This document shows, one piece after another, positions 1 to 12,699 of a stretch of DNA of 64,000 bases. The notes beneath the pieces were generated by a model. The model was not told the DNA's origin. It worked only from the letters and a program-made list of their open reading frames with translations, and searched no databases. Each line of letters starts with the position of its first letter. Position 1 is the first letter of the stretch. The DNA lies in NCBI GenBank assembly GCA_036172245.1, contig JAYWIR010000002.1:7006001-7070000 (forward strand), written 5' to 3'. The translations under genes were made by a program, and so were the position numbers. This stretch comes from Raillietiella orientalis. Taxonomy: Eukaryota.

Positions 1-1649
1 GGCGCCGTCTCCGGGAGAGTTCCAGCATGCCGCCCTTCCTGGTCTTGACGCAGGGCGACGCCGCGCGGCAGCGCTGGCGTCGCCAACGCCACGCTCGAGA
101 CGGAGGGGAAGGAAAAGAGAAGAAGCAGAAGCAGCAGGCCGCTTGAAAGGCCGGCGAAGACCATTGCGGGTGGTCATCAGACGAGCAGCTGCAGGGGCCC
201 CATGACCACAGCCATGCCGTGTTTTTTTTTTTGCCAGCGGCGGACAGGCAAGACGGGCGACCGGGGGGGGGGGGTAGTGTAGACGGACAGCATTCCTCCT
301 TCTCCCGGCGCGCGTGTTCGGCAGGAAAAAAAAAATCCCAGGCGAGGCAATCGTCCCCCCCCCCCCTCGCCCTCACGAGCTTCAAGGCCAACGGGCTTAC
401 ATTGTATTTCATTGTAGGGGAGCGGCGCGCATGCTCCTCTATCTTCCGGAGGCTTGCGACGCCTGCCGGACGCGTCTCTCTCCCTTCCAGCTGGGAAGCC
501 GCCGCCACCGCCGCGCCGTTGGCGCCAGCAGCGGCGGGCGCGGACGGGTAAGGGAGCGCACAACGAGGCGCGGTTGGTTACCTCAGGAGATTTCGCGCGC
601 AGCTTCTGGCGCTGGGAGGCCGGCTGGAACCTAGCAGTCTTACCTTTTTTCCTCCCTCCCCTCTCGCTCCTGTCCCTTGTCCAAGGAAGGGACGGTTCCC
701 TCCCTTCCTCTCTCCTCCCGCATCCCTCCTCCTCCCCAACTCTTTCCGTGCCGGGAAGAGGGCGAACGCGGCCTCCTTTCCCGCGGGGTCCTTGCTTGAG
801 CACGCGGTGGAGTCGGCCGTTCTAGCGAGCGACGAGGCGACCTTGAGAAGGAAAGGAAGGAAAAACGAGTGGCCGGAGTCGTATCGCACGTTTGTGGCCC
901 CTTCACGTCTCCAGGCGACTCCGGTAAGGTCGATCTGGACGCCCCCAAAGGATGCCGACGCGTCTGGTCTTTCCTACCTCCTTTTCCACCCTCCCCCTTT
1001 CCCTTGGGCCACTCCAAGGCAGGAAGGGTTCATCCCTCCCTCAGTCCCCTTCTTGTCACTGCCGTGGATGCTACCAGGGAGGCCGAGAAGACGTCCCTCG
1101 AGCAGGTCGGGTTCCTCACTGGGCTCTCAGGCCGGGAAGGGGACATCCGGCCAACGGTGAGCGTCCTGCAGTGCGTCCTTTCGGTGAAGGGCGTTAGCGG
1201 AAGAGAGAGAGAGAGGAGCCCCCATCGCCTCACACACCGATGGAAAACCCCAAGGGAAAGGCGGGAGGGCTCCTGACCCCTCAGAGGTTTGCCCGAAAGC
1301 TCAGGTGGTCATCCATAAGGGGTTTCGGAGCCTCGGCTGGACACCTTCTCGGAGCCGCAGAGTTCCTAGTTCTCCTGGGTCCTCGACGGAGTCCTGGGAT
1401 TGCGCAGCACCCGTGCCACGTGCGACCGTGCGGGCGGCCCGCATCCATGCGCCGCGAGAGATTGGTGCTCCCCGCCGGCATGCGATGCTCAGCGCCGACC
1501 ATCGACAAGCACGGACGGAAACGCGTGACGTGGGTAGGGGTGAAAGGTTCTCCCCCCGAAGCAAGCTTATCACTTCACTTCTTTTTCCTTCTTCCCTCTG
1601 GCTTGAGCCACGCATCAGTGAGGTTAGTGAAGCCGGAGTAAGGTGGGGT

Positions 1650-2330
1650 TTGTCATGAGACCCGTCGTTCACTCCCCGCTCACCTCACCGTCCACCGTCC
1701 GGAAGAGGAAGACGAGCGAGGGGTCCTCAGGCAGCCCGAGGGCACGCACGTACCGACGGACTGGGGCTTCGCAGTCCGGTGCCAGGGCGTTTAATCGGAC
1801 CGTGTCGGCTCCATGGGCGCGTTCATCGGCCGTACCTTCCTCGCCCTTGAGCGAACGGGGCCGCCCTCCGATTCGCCGAGGGACGTCGTGTGTCTTCCAT
1901 GGACTCATGGCGTCTATTTCGGACGGCTGCCTCCAGCCTCGATGTCTGCCACCCCCCAGTGATGGTCAGGACCCCTACCCTCTCCATCTACTACCGTCGC
2001 TTTCCCTACGAGGAAACACGATGGACTGAATGCAGTTAGTTACAGCCCCCAGGTTGTATCGCAGCAGAAGCACGTCTTGGGACACGCCCTCTTCCGCCCT
2101 CAGTCCTACGTCCCTCGTAGAGACATCAGCACAAGCACCGCCTGAGGTGGCACGAGCCTCTGGTCGTCTCGTCCACGTTTGTGCGAAGCACCGACGAAGA
2201 GCATCGACGGAGCACCGATGCCTCCCGCAAAGGCTCCAGTGTGACTCCGAGCAACACCGGGATGCGGTCCTCCTCTGGAGCGCTGATTTGGCTCTATGGA
2301 GCAGCAGAGTCCTTCCGCACAACAGCAGTC
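1650..2330 (-). mobile_element. Highly decayed non-LTR retrotransposon RT remnant (tentative)
   Basis: Minus-strand reading gives ...RRIGG..RSLK...tac-g-gcc-gat-gaa (YADD-like with a 1-nt insertion) near 1830, preceded by LLRYNLGAVTNCI. Weak motif resemblance only. Confidence 0.25.
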
Positions 2331-2944
2331 ACTATCGTTGAGGGCTCTGCAGTGGCATCATCTCCCATAGTGCCAACTGAGAGCTCGAAGCCAGGTAAGT
2401 GCCAGGAGCAACGACTTTCTGGAACTCTGACGTCACTTCTTCCTTAAGGAGCGCTGGACGCCTCGGCGAAAGGATCGAAGGACAAAGACCAGGAGTCAGC
2501 ATTCCAGGAGCAAAATCCTGGAGGCTTGTCGGCGCTGACTGACCACCGAGGAAACTTCAAGGGGAAGGGGAGGGAAGCGGAAGCCGAGGTCAAAGGAAAA
2601 ACGGCATTCCTTGCCTCTGTGCCAGAGCTCTCGGCAAAAGGGGAGCGAGCTTGGTCTCATGGGGTTGCGTCCAGACCAGACAGGTCTGATCCCATAGCTT
2701 GTCCATCCGCAAGTCTACTCGGAGAAAGACAGGGCTGCCGGAGGACTCAGCCGCGCGCGTCCCGACTGAGGAGCAGTGAGGAAGAGGCGGACCGTAGGGG
2801 TGGAGTTTCTTCCTGCGGCGAGAGAGCGGCCATGGTGGAGCCTGGAACAGTTTTCAGGATTCCCTTGCGAAAGTTTCCGACGACCCGCCCCATCTTCCGA
2901 TGCTTCTCCTTGAGACCTGTTCGCAATCGCCTCCACCGCCTTCT

Positions 2945-5900
2945 CACCCGGTCGCGCCGGACCGTTCGCCGCAACCGAAGGACGCACCAAGGCAGCGGCG
3001 GCAGGTACGCCGTCCCTAATCGAAGAACCTGCCCACAGGCAGGAGAGGGTCACCTCCCACGGCACAGGGGAGAAGGGGAACAACCGGAAGGAAAAAAACA
3101 ATGAAGAAAAAAAATCAATAAAAATAGATAGAAGGAACAAGGAGAGCGTGGGAAGAGCTCCCAGGCGGCAAAGGGTTTGGGGCGTCCTTAACATCCATTC
3201 AAGAATTCCCGCAAGTTCGGGCTGCGCGCCTCCCGGATGGGAGAGCCATCTCAATACCATCCTCAGGAAAACGGACCGCGGGACGGATGACGCATCTTCA
3301 TCGTTCCTGCCTCTCTCGGAGGCGCTCCGGGCGGCCACAGTCCCGCGGAGGCAGCGAGGAGCTGCTGGGCATCGAGGCTGGCGGTGGGGCGTCGCGTGCA
3401 AAGAGTCGTTTCTGGGGCTGCCGTCGGAGATTCGCAGGATCATGGCAAGACGTTTCGAAAGGGGCCGGAGGACAACATGGTCCAGAATCCGGTGTGGGAG
3501 GGATTCCCGCTCTCCACCCTCTCCCTTCCCCGGGTCCCGTGATGTCCTGCCACTTGAGAGGGAGGGTGCGAGCGTTCAGGAGTACTGGGGTCCACTCGAG
3601 GTCTTCCCGGAGAAGTTCCAAGAGCTCACCCCAGTGCAAAAGTTCTTTAGACAAGGAGGCATTTGAGGTCGCAGCATCAGTTAGCTGGCCCGTGGTCCAA
3701 CCACCTAACTCTTGTTCCTTCCAGAGCCCAATTCGCAAACGGCCTCCTGTCTTGCCGTCAGGCTGCTGCCAATATGCTCCCTCAGGGAGGGCAGCGCTGC
3801 AGAAAGGGAGGTTCGCTCTGCCCGCGCTCTCCTTCTGGGATGGACGATGGTTTCCTGGAGAGACCAGCCGTTGCAGGATGAGCAGCGCGATAACACCGGA
3901 CTCGGCTCCTGGATCTTGGCCAACGTGCGAAGGGGTCCCCGCGGCCAGGCGCTCTCGTTCACGGGGCTCCAGGAAATCGAATCGTTCTTCCTCGTCCGTG
4001 CAGTGCGCCCGGGTGCTTTGGCTGGCGCTGCAGGATAGAAAGGGGAACCCTGGGAACGTGCTGCAGCAGCGTTCCTGGATTGGGAACGAAGAGAGGTCTC
4101 TGAAAAATGCCGGGAAGGAGTCCCGGCTTTCCAGGAGATCGGCAGAGAGAAAAGACAAAGAGGTAGAAAGGCTCGTGGCTGGCGGAAGTGCCCCTTCTGC
4201 TTGATGTGCGCGCGCACACCTTCGCGCCAAACCCGCCGCTCTCTCAGAACTCACCTGGGTGAAGAGAGACCGCCTGCCGGCTGCAGGTGGCTCTTTCGCG
4301 AGCGAGGAAACTCTCGAAGGCCGCCGCAGGCGGTCCGGTGTACGCACCCACGAGGACGGCTGGAAGGCTCGCACATGCCCCGAATCGATCCGTCCGGGCA
4401 TCGCACCTTCCCAACCCGATCAGTTCTCTGTCGCGCCGGCGTGGGGGATTTCAGCATCGCTGTAATGCGCTGGGAGATACCCTCGGGTGTAAACTCAGGA
4501 ATCGATTTCTTAACTCCTCCTCCGTGGCACACCTGGGAGTGTCCTCATTCTCTCCAAGGTTTCTTGACCTTAAGGAAGACTCCACAACATGTCTGGGGGC
4601 GCCCCTGTACTTCTTCCTGGATGACCATTGACCGCGCGAGCGCGTCCAGGTTTGTCCATGCCATCATCGCCGTCATCTGCTCTCTGTCCGTGTCGTCCTC
4701 CATCGGGAGCAAGCGGAAGTCTTTGCTCTGGATGAGAAGAATCAGGAGATCATGGGACCACCCTCTCTTCCTTGTATCTCTAAGGACCCTCCGCGCAGAC
4801 GCCCGAAAGGCACGGGGAACGACCTCACGTGCTTTCGAAAGGCTACCGGCACGAGGGGTGGACACGAACCGGAGACACGAGCGGGTGGAGGAAGCGGGCA
4901 ATCAGTGGCACGCAACTCGTGATACTGGAGCGCGAAGGATCGTGCTGCTGCTGCTACGGAAGCCCCCGGCTGCTGCAGCTTGCAGGCTGCCGCCTCAAAT
5001 CGCCTGGCCTCCCGCGGTCGCAAAGGAGGAGGGGGGGGGGGGAAAGAGCGGGCAAACATCAGAAGCGGAAGCGTTGCCTCTGGGAGTATCCGGGAGATGC
5101 GCAGGGCAGAGGCGCTTGCGGTACCCTAGTGGAGGGAGGGGGAGGGGTCCCAAGGAGTCTTGGGGGGAAGGAAGTCCACCGCGCGAAGCTCGTGGCCGCG
5201 TCGCTCAGCACTCCGACTGGCAACGCATCCACTTCCAGCGGCGCTCCGGCATTATTGCAACGCTGGTCCGGGGGGTCCATCCGCGGTGCGCGTGGTCCGG
5301 CCGAAAGTCGATTCTTCGTCGGCCTTCACTATCCACCGTCCGCCCCCGACCTGTCCCCTTTCGAGGTTGCTTCCAGCGTCTTGGAGGGCGCGGCGGCGCT
5401 GAGAATCTCAAGGGTAGGCGACGACTACCCGTTGTTCAGAGAGGGATCTCTGCTACGAAAAGCCCGGCCATCGGAGGGGCGGACTGAAAGGGTCCCCGGG
5501 GTATCGGAGCACCCCTCCGTTGTCGTACGAAGGCACGAGCTTATCCGCCCCACGAACGCGAGCTGGCGATTACCTCGGGAGCCGTGGATGCCGGGACCGA
5601 CTAGAACGGCACGGCTCGCTGGACTAGGAGGAAAGAAAAGGAGGGGAAGAGGAGGAAGAACGGAATGGGAGGAAGGCGCTGGCCGTGAGCCACTTCCGCG
5701 CCCGCCGGGCCATCCGCTCACCCATGCGACGCGCGGTAGGGCGCCGCTTCTCGTTGCTCCCTCCCCTGCCTCGGGGAACCCCCCGATGCGGCGCCGAATC
5801 CCGACGGAAGAGGAGTAGAAAGCGGGAAGCAGGAAAGCTCTCTCTTCCGGGAAGCGCGCGCTGGAACCGAAGGGGAGGAGGAAGCGGAAGTTGCGCCCAT

Positions 5901-6990
5901 CCTGTGACCGCTCGAGATTGAGGCGCTTCCCCGGACCCCTCCCACCTCCCGCTCGTTCCCGGAGGAGGGCGGAGTGAGAGCCTATCGCCTCCCAGCAGGC
6001 CGCCTTCTCCCGGGGAAGGAGCTGCGAGAGAGTGAACTCCTTCAAGAAGAGCTCCGGGGCGGGACGCGGTCCATCGATTCGCTGCTCCGGCGCCCACCCC
6101 TTAGGAGAAGAAAGAGGGGGGAACCCCCATCCTATCCCTTGCTCTCCTTTGCTCCCTCCCGGTAACTCATCCATAAGCCTAAGGGCAATCCTTGGACGAC
6201 CACAGGCTCCTTCGCGTCCTGCTCGCGGCGCTTTCCGTTGCGCGTCCCGGTCGCACTGGCGCTCCCGTCGTCGCCCTTGGAGTTCCTGATAGAGCTTCTT
6301 TCGTCTCCCCTTTTCTAGCCATGGACCACTGCAGCCTGCTTTTCTGACGCGGCGGACCGGCGAGTCAGCAGAGAACGCACTCCGTCCCTCCCTCCCCCGA
6401 CGCCGACCAGCGAGGCGGTGGGAAGCAGTTGGGGCCCACTGACAGCAGCTGGGACCGGCCGGGAAGATTCCACCCCGAAACGGGTCCAGCATGCCTCCAC
6501 AGATGGTCTCGAGGTCCTCCTCCAAAGACCGGGGTCACAGCCCTCCCTGGAGGGTAGCCCCGCCTCCCGGGCGATCCGGTCATTTCTCATCCCTCCCGAT
6601 GGCCCTGCCGCTCCTACCCCAGCTTCGAGTGCCCTTCCGGAAGCGCGAACCAGGTTCGCATGCCATCGTCCGTGCGGCGTGAAGGCACAGCGGTAGGAAC
6701 CTGCCCTTCCCGATCCTGTGACTGTACGCACGTGGATTGCCTCCAGGGATTTCGAATGCTGTAGCGACTTGAAGGCCACCCCATACCGCGGAAGGCAAGG
6801 AAGGGCACTAGGAAGGGGAAGGGAAGGGAAAGGGGAGCTGGGAAGAAGAGGAGGAAAGTTTTAGCTCAAAAAAAGAAAGGTCACTCCCCCACTCAGGTCA
6901 CCTTTCCCAAGATTGGTCAAAGTGGTCGAAGTGAAGCCTGCTTCTCTCTTGCTCCTCACCCTGGGCAAACTCAGGGTGATGCCCCCGGAA
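2945..6990 (-). mobile_element. Decayed L1/Tx1-like LINE, possibly spanning most of ORF2, with 3' UTR (copy I)
   Basis: The 3' part (2945-3800) aligns with the other family copies (WTTGQL..LPLKWQ..ELAGIL, T-rich UTR, terminal CCGG hairpin). ORF 4545-4901(-) has RT domain 4-7-like order: RRVLRD..LLILLIQ, FRLLPMEDDT (YADD position), LARSMVIQ, CCGVFL..W. An endonuclease-like GGVTFLF lies near 6880. The ~3.8 kb span fits ORF2 length. The 5' extent is much less certain than the 3' part. Confidence 0.55.
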
Positions 6991-7090
6991 GGCACCAGAA
7001 GGGGAAGAGAAGAGGAGGAAAGGAGAAAGAAGAAGTGGGGAGGAGGAAGGAAGAGGAAGAGGAAGAAGAGCAGCAGCAGCAGCAACAGAT
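6990..7090 (+). repeat. Purine-rich (GAG/GAA) tract followed by a short CAG run
   Basis: Directly visible low-complexity sequence. Confidence 0.85.
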
Positions 7091-8667
7091 GCAACGCAAG
7101 GGGGAGGAAGTCATCCCTGGCTCGTGGACTTTCTCATCTGTCTGCAGTTCCCGGGGACCGCCGTTCTCTTCGTCGTTTCGCGATTCTCGGAAAACTCGCA
7201 CCGAACGCTTCTTCGTTCCTCTTTCGTCCTTGCATCGCCCTTCATCCCTTTTCCCGGTTCCGTTTATCGGAGTTTGCTCCCATCTCCCTTCCCGCTGCAT
7301 TCCCTTCCTTTCCCTAATCTCCCTCTCTCGGAAAGCCCCACCGGGCTGCTGCTACCGCCTTTCCACCGCCTCGCTCTGCTCGTCGCTTTGCCCGGTTTCT
7401 CGTCTGCTGGGCACCACGGCGCTTCTTCGTCTCGAGTCGCTGAAAGCGCTCCGAGCACCGACAGACGCAAAGATCAGTAAAGAAGGGGAAGGGAGGAAAA
7501 AAAACGGAAACAAAAATCGAGGCAGGTATCACTGGACACTCCAACTGATAACCGCTATCTCGGAGATGCCTATCAACCCGTCCTCCCGCCGCAGCTTCCA
7601 CTCTGCGGCTGTTTCGAGCGCAGCAGCGCCCTCACGTGCGTGTGTCGCCTAGGAGGAGAAATGGCTCTCACGCTGACCCTGGCTGCTGCTGGTTCGAGGG
7701 CTGCCTTCCCTCGGCCGCCATCCTCCTCCTCTACCATCCTTCTGAGCAAACCGGTCAGGCCCGGCAGGACGGAGACGCCCGTGGGCAGGGGTTTCCTCCG
7801 GGCTCCGCTCCTGCCACCTCACAGGGAATGAAGGCTGAGGAATCCCTGAGGCGAAGAGGAATCGATCAGCGGCGCATCTTCATCCTTGCGTGGAGGAAGG
7901 ATGCGCACTGGACAGGTGGAGCGGGGATGCCGCCAAGTTCAAGGCGGCGGGTGTGCGCTCCCCCTGGAAGGGATGCACGGGGAAACACTGAAAGCAAAGT
8001 CCACGGAATGCTTCCCTGGGGTCTTCTTGCCCCAGGAAGCCGCTGAAGAACGGAAACGCTGACGCTTACGGGAAAGAAAAATAAAAAATTCCGGCTTCCA
8101 GCATTGACTTCGGATCCTTTCCCGCCTCGGTCACTCCTGAAAAATTCCTGCAGCCCGGGGGCAGATGTGCCCCCGTTTCCCCTGCACCGGAGTCCAGGCA
8201 CTCGACGGGTCTGCGACGCGGAGGCTTTGTGATTGGTCAGGAGGCAGGTCGCTTCGGGTCCGTGGTGACGCTCACTCGCACCTCCCCCTCCTTCCCTCCA
8301 GAGAAGACGGACGGCGCCGAAGGCGTCCTCCTCCTCCTCCTCGTTAGGTCGATTGGGCTGTCTGATGAACCGACTGTACCCACGAGGACGAGGTGTGTGG
8401 AAGGGTTGGAAAGGGGTTCTGTGACGGCGGGTCCAGTAGCCTGCCGAGGGAGGACTTGCAAATGCATAGTCGAGTTCGGCAGGGACGGAGGACCTCGGTT
8501 TGACTCCCGGGTCCGGCCACTCGCCGGCCGGCACTGGTTGCCATCGTCACCGTCCGGTCGAGGGCGCCCCGCTCGCAACAGTAGGATGTCCCTTCTTCTG
8601 ACCCACAGCAGCCCTCTTTGCAGCCGCGGCGCCCATGGGGAATGCGTCTTAAGCAGCTCACTGCGCT

Positions 8668-8865
8668 GTCTCTCCTCCTTCCTCTCTCTCTCTCTTCCCA
8701 TCCCTCACTTTCCTCTCTCTCCCTCCCCTTTATCCCTCTTTCCTCTCTCTCTCTCTCTCTCATCTTCCTCTCTTCTTCCTCCTCCTCTCTCTCTCTCCAT
8801 TCTCCTCTTTCTCTTCTTCCCTTTTGTGTTTTCTCCTCCTGTTTGCTTCCCCTTTTCCTTCCTTC
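8668..8865 (+). repeat. (CT)n / polypyrimidine tract
   Basis: About 200 bp of almost pure C/T, including ctctctctctct runs. Confidence 0.9.
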
Positions 8866-11339
8866 CCGGCACGCAGTTCCTGTTCGCCGATCCTAGCGTC
8901 GCCAGAGCTGAGGCGCTCGCCAGCACCTCATCAGGGTCACCACTTCACCTCCCATTTCGCCGGTCTCGTTTTCAGGGATGGCGGGCCTGGACTCCCTCCT
9001 TTTTTTTTCCCCGGAAACGTCTGCTGTCCGTTCTTGTCGTCTCCGTCCGTTCCTCTCCTTCCGGAAGGGGCGGAAGGGGGAAAGGGGCATTTCTGAATGC
9101 GGCTCGCTCCGCGTCTTCCTGGGCGCCGACAGCCGCCGCCCTCCGAAAAATCAGATCCGCCGGACGCCTTGCGGGAGGAGGGGGGGGGGGTAGGAGGCTT
9201 CCACTGACCTCCCCTCAAGCCCGGATCGCTCACCGCGCTTCTCGTGGGGCTCTGGACGCTCCCAGAGGAGAAGGGCGTGCATCGTGATCTCTCCCTCGCC
9301 GTGGCAGACACCGCTGCATAAGAGCCTTCGCGCGCGCAGGGTCAGGGACATCCGGAAGTTTCCCGGAGTTTTCCCGCTTCCTCCACCCCCGAACCTCCGC
9401 CTCGTTTCTGTGTTGCGTGCCCTAAGGGTGTTATCGAGGTCGCACGTTCCTCTTCCGCCCGCTGCCGTCTCTGACGTGATTGCGCTTGAATTATCGATGG
9501 TACCCAGGAGGCTGGATGGCGGGAGGGACCGAGGATGCTGCTCCGAGTCCATCGCGGGTGCACACACAGACAACACGCACAGCATACACGAAGTTATTCT
9601 CTGACAGCTCTGTCGTAGATCACAGGGGGAGAGGGGGTCCGCTCTCCTGCTCCGTTTAATCAAATAAGAATCAAATAATAAACAATGGGGTGGATGCGTC
9701 CCGCGCCACTCGTGATTTAATGAAAAGAATAGGCGCGGCGGATCCTCGTCGGGACTCCGAAAACGGGAATCGATTTCCGAAGAGTAGCGCAAGGTGATTT
9801 ACATCCCATGGCACTCGGGTCCGCGGGAGCCATCCGCTGGGATGAAGACGCCGCCGCAATTCGCCTTCGAGGACGGGGCGGGTCATGTGGTCTTCTCCGC
9901 CGCCCAGGGTGTGGCAATGTGGGGGAAGGGGGGTCCGGGAGGCGGCTAGCTAGCCAGTCACGCCGCGGAAAGCCCTCCTCCTTCCTTCCCTCCTCCCTCT
10001 CCCCGTCGGGCACGCAGCTGCCCGCCGCCACCGAGGAAGGCTGCGCCGCCGGGTGGACGTGCAGGACGAATGGCGGCGGCCGCGGCGGCGGAATCGATGG
10101 CGACTTTTCGGGAATTTCAAAAAAAAAAAGACATCAGACGTGACGTAACCGCGGAACGCTCGCGGCGGGTCCTCCCCTCCCACATCCGCGGGAGATCGGA
10201 AACGCGGAAAGTATCCCGAATCGCACGTACTGCGAGCTGGTGGACGTCACGTGATGGGAGCGGGCCTTTCCCCAGCGCAAATAAAAGTGGCTCGACTGAA
10301 CGACTGCGGAAAAAATTGCCCCAGCTGCTGCTGCTGCTGATACAAGAGCAAGCGTGAAGACACGCACAGATGGATTTTCTTCCTTTCTCTCTCTCTCCCC
10401 TCCCCTTTTTTTTAAGGGGGGAGGGGGAGGGGGGAGAGGACATCGAATTTTCTCGGAGTTACTCTGGTATCGTTCGAGGACCAAGGAGCGCCGCACCGCG
10501 TGTCCCTGAACGCTCCAGATCGGCTCGAGGCAGCAGCAGCAAGCGCGCGTGCGTTTCATGCCTCCCGCGCAATGGCAGCGTGCCCGTCGGATGACCCCTC
10601 CGTCCTCGCAACTGCGCGGCGGCCCCCATCGCGAGTCCGGGAGACGGGCTCCTATCGCCTTCGGGTCGAGCCATCCCCATTGTGCGGGGCCGTCTGCTCC
10701 CAAGTCCCCTGCAGCGGAGGAAGCGCGAGGAAAGGAAGTTCGCGCAGAATCCTCGCGCCTTCGGTTTGTCTCGACTGCCCAGCGACAAGACGAAACGCCC
10801 CCAGGGCTTCGAAGAGCCGTGTGCAAGGAAGACCTGGCCTCTTTGCGTCCAAGAGTTGCTCCGGAAGACGGCCGGTGCATTACCGAATCTTCATCAGGAT
10901 GTAGGGGTACGTTCAGGAAGGCACCCTGTCGCAACCTCCGACGCCACTTTCTTCAGCAGTTCCTTCCGGATGGTGCTTTGCTGATTGTCTCTCCTCCTCA
11001 ACCTCGGATGTCCCCGAACCATGCTGCTCCCCTGGGTCGCGCAGGGCGCCGCCCAGCTCACTCCCCAAGTCGTCGTCTTTGAGACAGGCGACGTGGCGCG
11101 TCCGCGAGGAGGCACCTGGTGGGCGCTGGAAGTTGTACGAGATGACAGCCCGGTGCTGCAAAAATAGCAGTCGTGTCCTCGTCTCGTATGCCCGCTCGTA
11201 TGGGTGGAGAGAAGGGAGACAGAAGAGGCGAAACAAGAATCACAACAATCACTCCTTCTCCCCCCCTTCGCCCTTGACCACTCCCGAAGTCCAGGCAGAG
11301 GCGAGGAGGACCCTGGGCGGGTGGCTCCCCAAAGGCTCC

Positions 11340-11770
11340 ATGAAACGACTGAGGTCGGGAGGAAGCCGCGGGTTCCTTCGCTACGTGCTCCTTCGGGGTT
11401 CAGCGCTGTCGGGTATCCAACTCAGCAGGGCAGAAAAGACTGGCGCGCAAGACCGGAGTTCTCATTTGGACGAAGGTCACAGCCTCCGAGCTCTGGAAGA
11501 CCACGTACGGCTGCTGGTCACCGTGGCAGAGGCCATGAAATCTTCGTGGGCGAGGTTGTCGAACCTCACCTGTCCTGCACCAACCAGACATCGGAACCGC
11601 GCCCCACGAAGATCCGAGCTGCCGTCGGAAACCCAGGACGGCTCCTCCCAATGTTTTATCATGGATCATTCATCATTTCATCCTGTGCGGCACGAGGCTG
11701 GACTGGGAAGCTCGATGGCAGACTTTGCCCTGAAAGTGGGAGCACCGAAAATGACCTCCAGCTTTGCCAA
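11340..11770 (-). mobile_element. Decayed LINE RT domains ~1-4
   Basis: In order on the minus strand: KIGKA.., HRASQSSLVPHR..IHD (resembles Q.GF.PGR.I.D), QVRFDNLAHEDF (resembles KAFD.V.H.F), EGARSEG (resembles RGVRQG). Stops and frameshifts present. Confidence 0.45.
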
Positions 11771-11771
11771 T

Positions 11772-12649
11772 CTTGCGGTTAGATGGGAGGTCGCCGTGGA
11801 AACCTGCGGAAAGAGAAGAGGATTGGATGAGTGGACGACAGACCAGCTTGAGGACGCTGCGACCCCAATTGCCCCGCCTCGAGGACTTTTGCGCTGACGC
11901 GAGCTGCTGGGTATTCCGGAGGAAGGTCTGCAGTGGTTCAACCTGCAGTGCTCTTGGACACCACCAGCACCCTCCCCTTAAAGTGGCAGGAGTCGACGCT
12001 GTTGCTGCTGCACTGGGATCGCCCGTGCAACGCCCATCAGCATCACGGCGAAGAGAGGGGAACCCGAACTGTGCCAGGAGCGGAGAGAGCGAATCCTCTC
12101 CTGCACATGCTTGTAGGATTGTGCTGTCCACCGGCCCCTCTGGGAACGTTTTGCCACGACCCTGTGAACCCCCCGGCGGCCACTTCAGGGACGCTGTAAG
12201 GCCCCTTCTCCTACGCGACGCACTTCGGCCGGCAGCCTCGCCACCAGCAGCTCTCCGCTGCCCGCGCAGGACCGTCGTTTCCTGGAGAGACGCAAGAGGA
12301 GAGCACAGAGACAGGGGTGCCACATCCACTTTGCAGTCCGCTTCATAAGGATGGCAACGAGATGACCCCACCTGGAAAACCTCATCCAGCAAGAGCTTGC
12401 CGGCATCCTCGAGAGAATTCAGAGGACCGTCCCCCCCCCCCCCAGCGGAACGTGATCTCTCCTCTCACTCCCCCTCCCTCCCCTTAAGCTTCTTTTTATT
12501 TTTGTTTTTGTTTTTGTCTGCTGCCTCCCCTCTATTGCCGTGGCGTACTACACCGGTTTGCGCACTGGTAACGCGGCAGATTTGTTCCGAAACGGACGTG
12601 GCTGGACCACGGGTCCAACCAGAGAGAATGCATTTTATATGAAATAAAC
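11772..12649 (+). mobile_element. 5'-truncated L1/Tx1-like LINE 3' end (copy A)
   Basis: Frameshifted zf-RVT-like region LPLKWQESTLLLLHW.PCNA..NPNCARSGE.ES..LHMLV, then LLLRDAL..AALRC and ELAGILE, T-rich UTR, structured 3' end, AATAAA at 12643-12648. Near-identical inverted copy at 44109-44992. Confidence 0.8.
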
Positions 12650-12699
12650 TCCCATGAGCACTCGAGTGAAAATCCAGCTTTGCAAACCCTCGTCAGGGA

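Noticed and set aside
3040..3700. Repeated peptides (LPLKWQ, ELAGIL) read as a novel host multigene family
   Set aside because: Every copy is frameshifted, copies are 5'-truncated at different points with a common 3' end, and the motif matches the C-terminal zinc-binding region of non-LTR ORF2.
8470..8520. tRNA-like GGTTTGACTCCCGG hairpin
   Set aside because: No cloverleaf can be built and the match is short.
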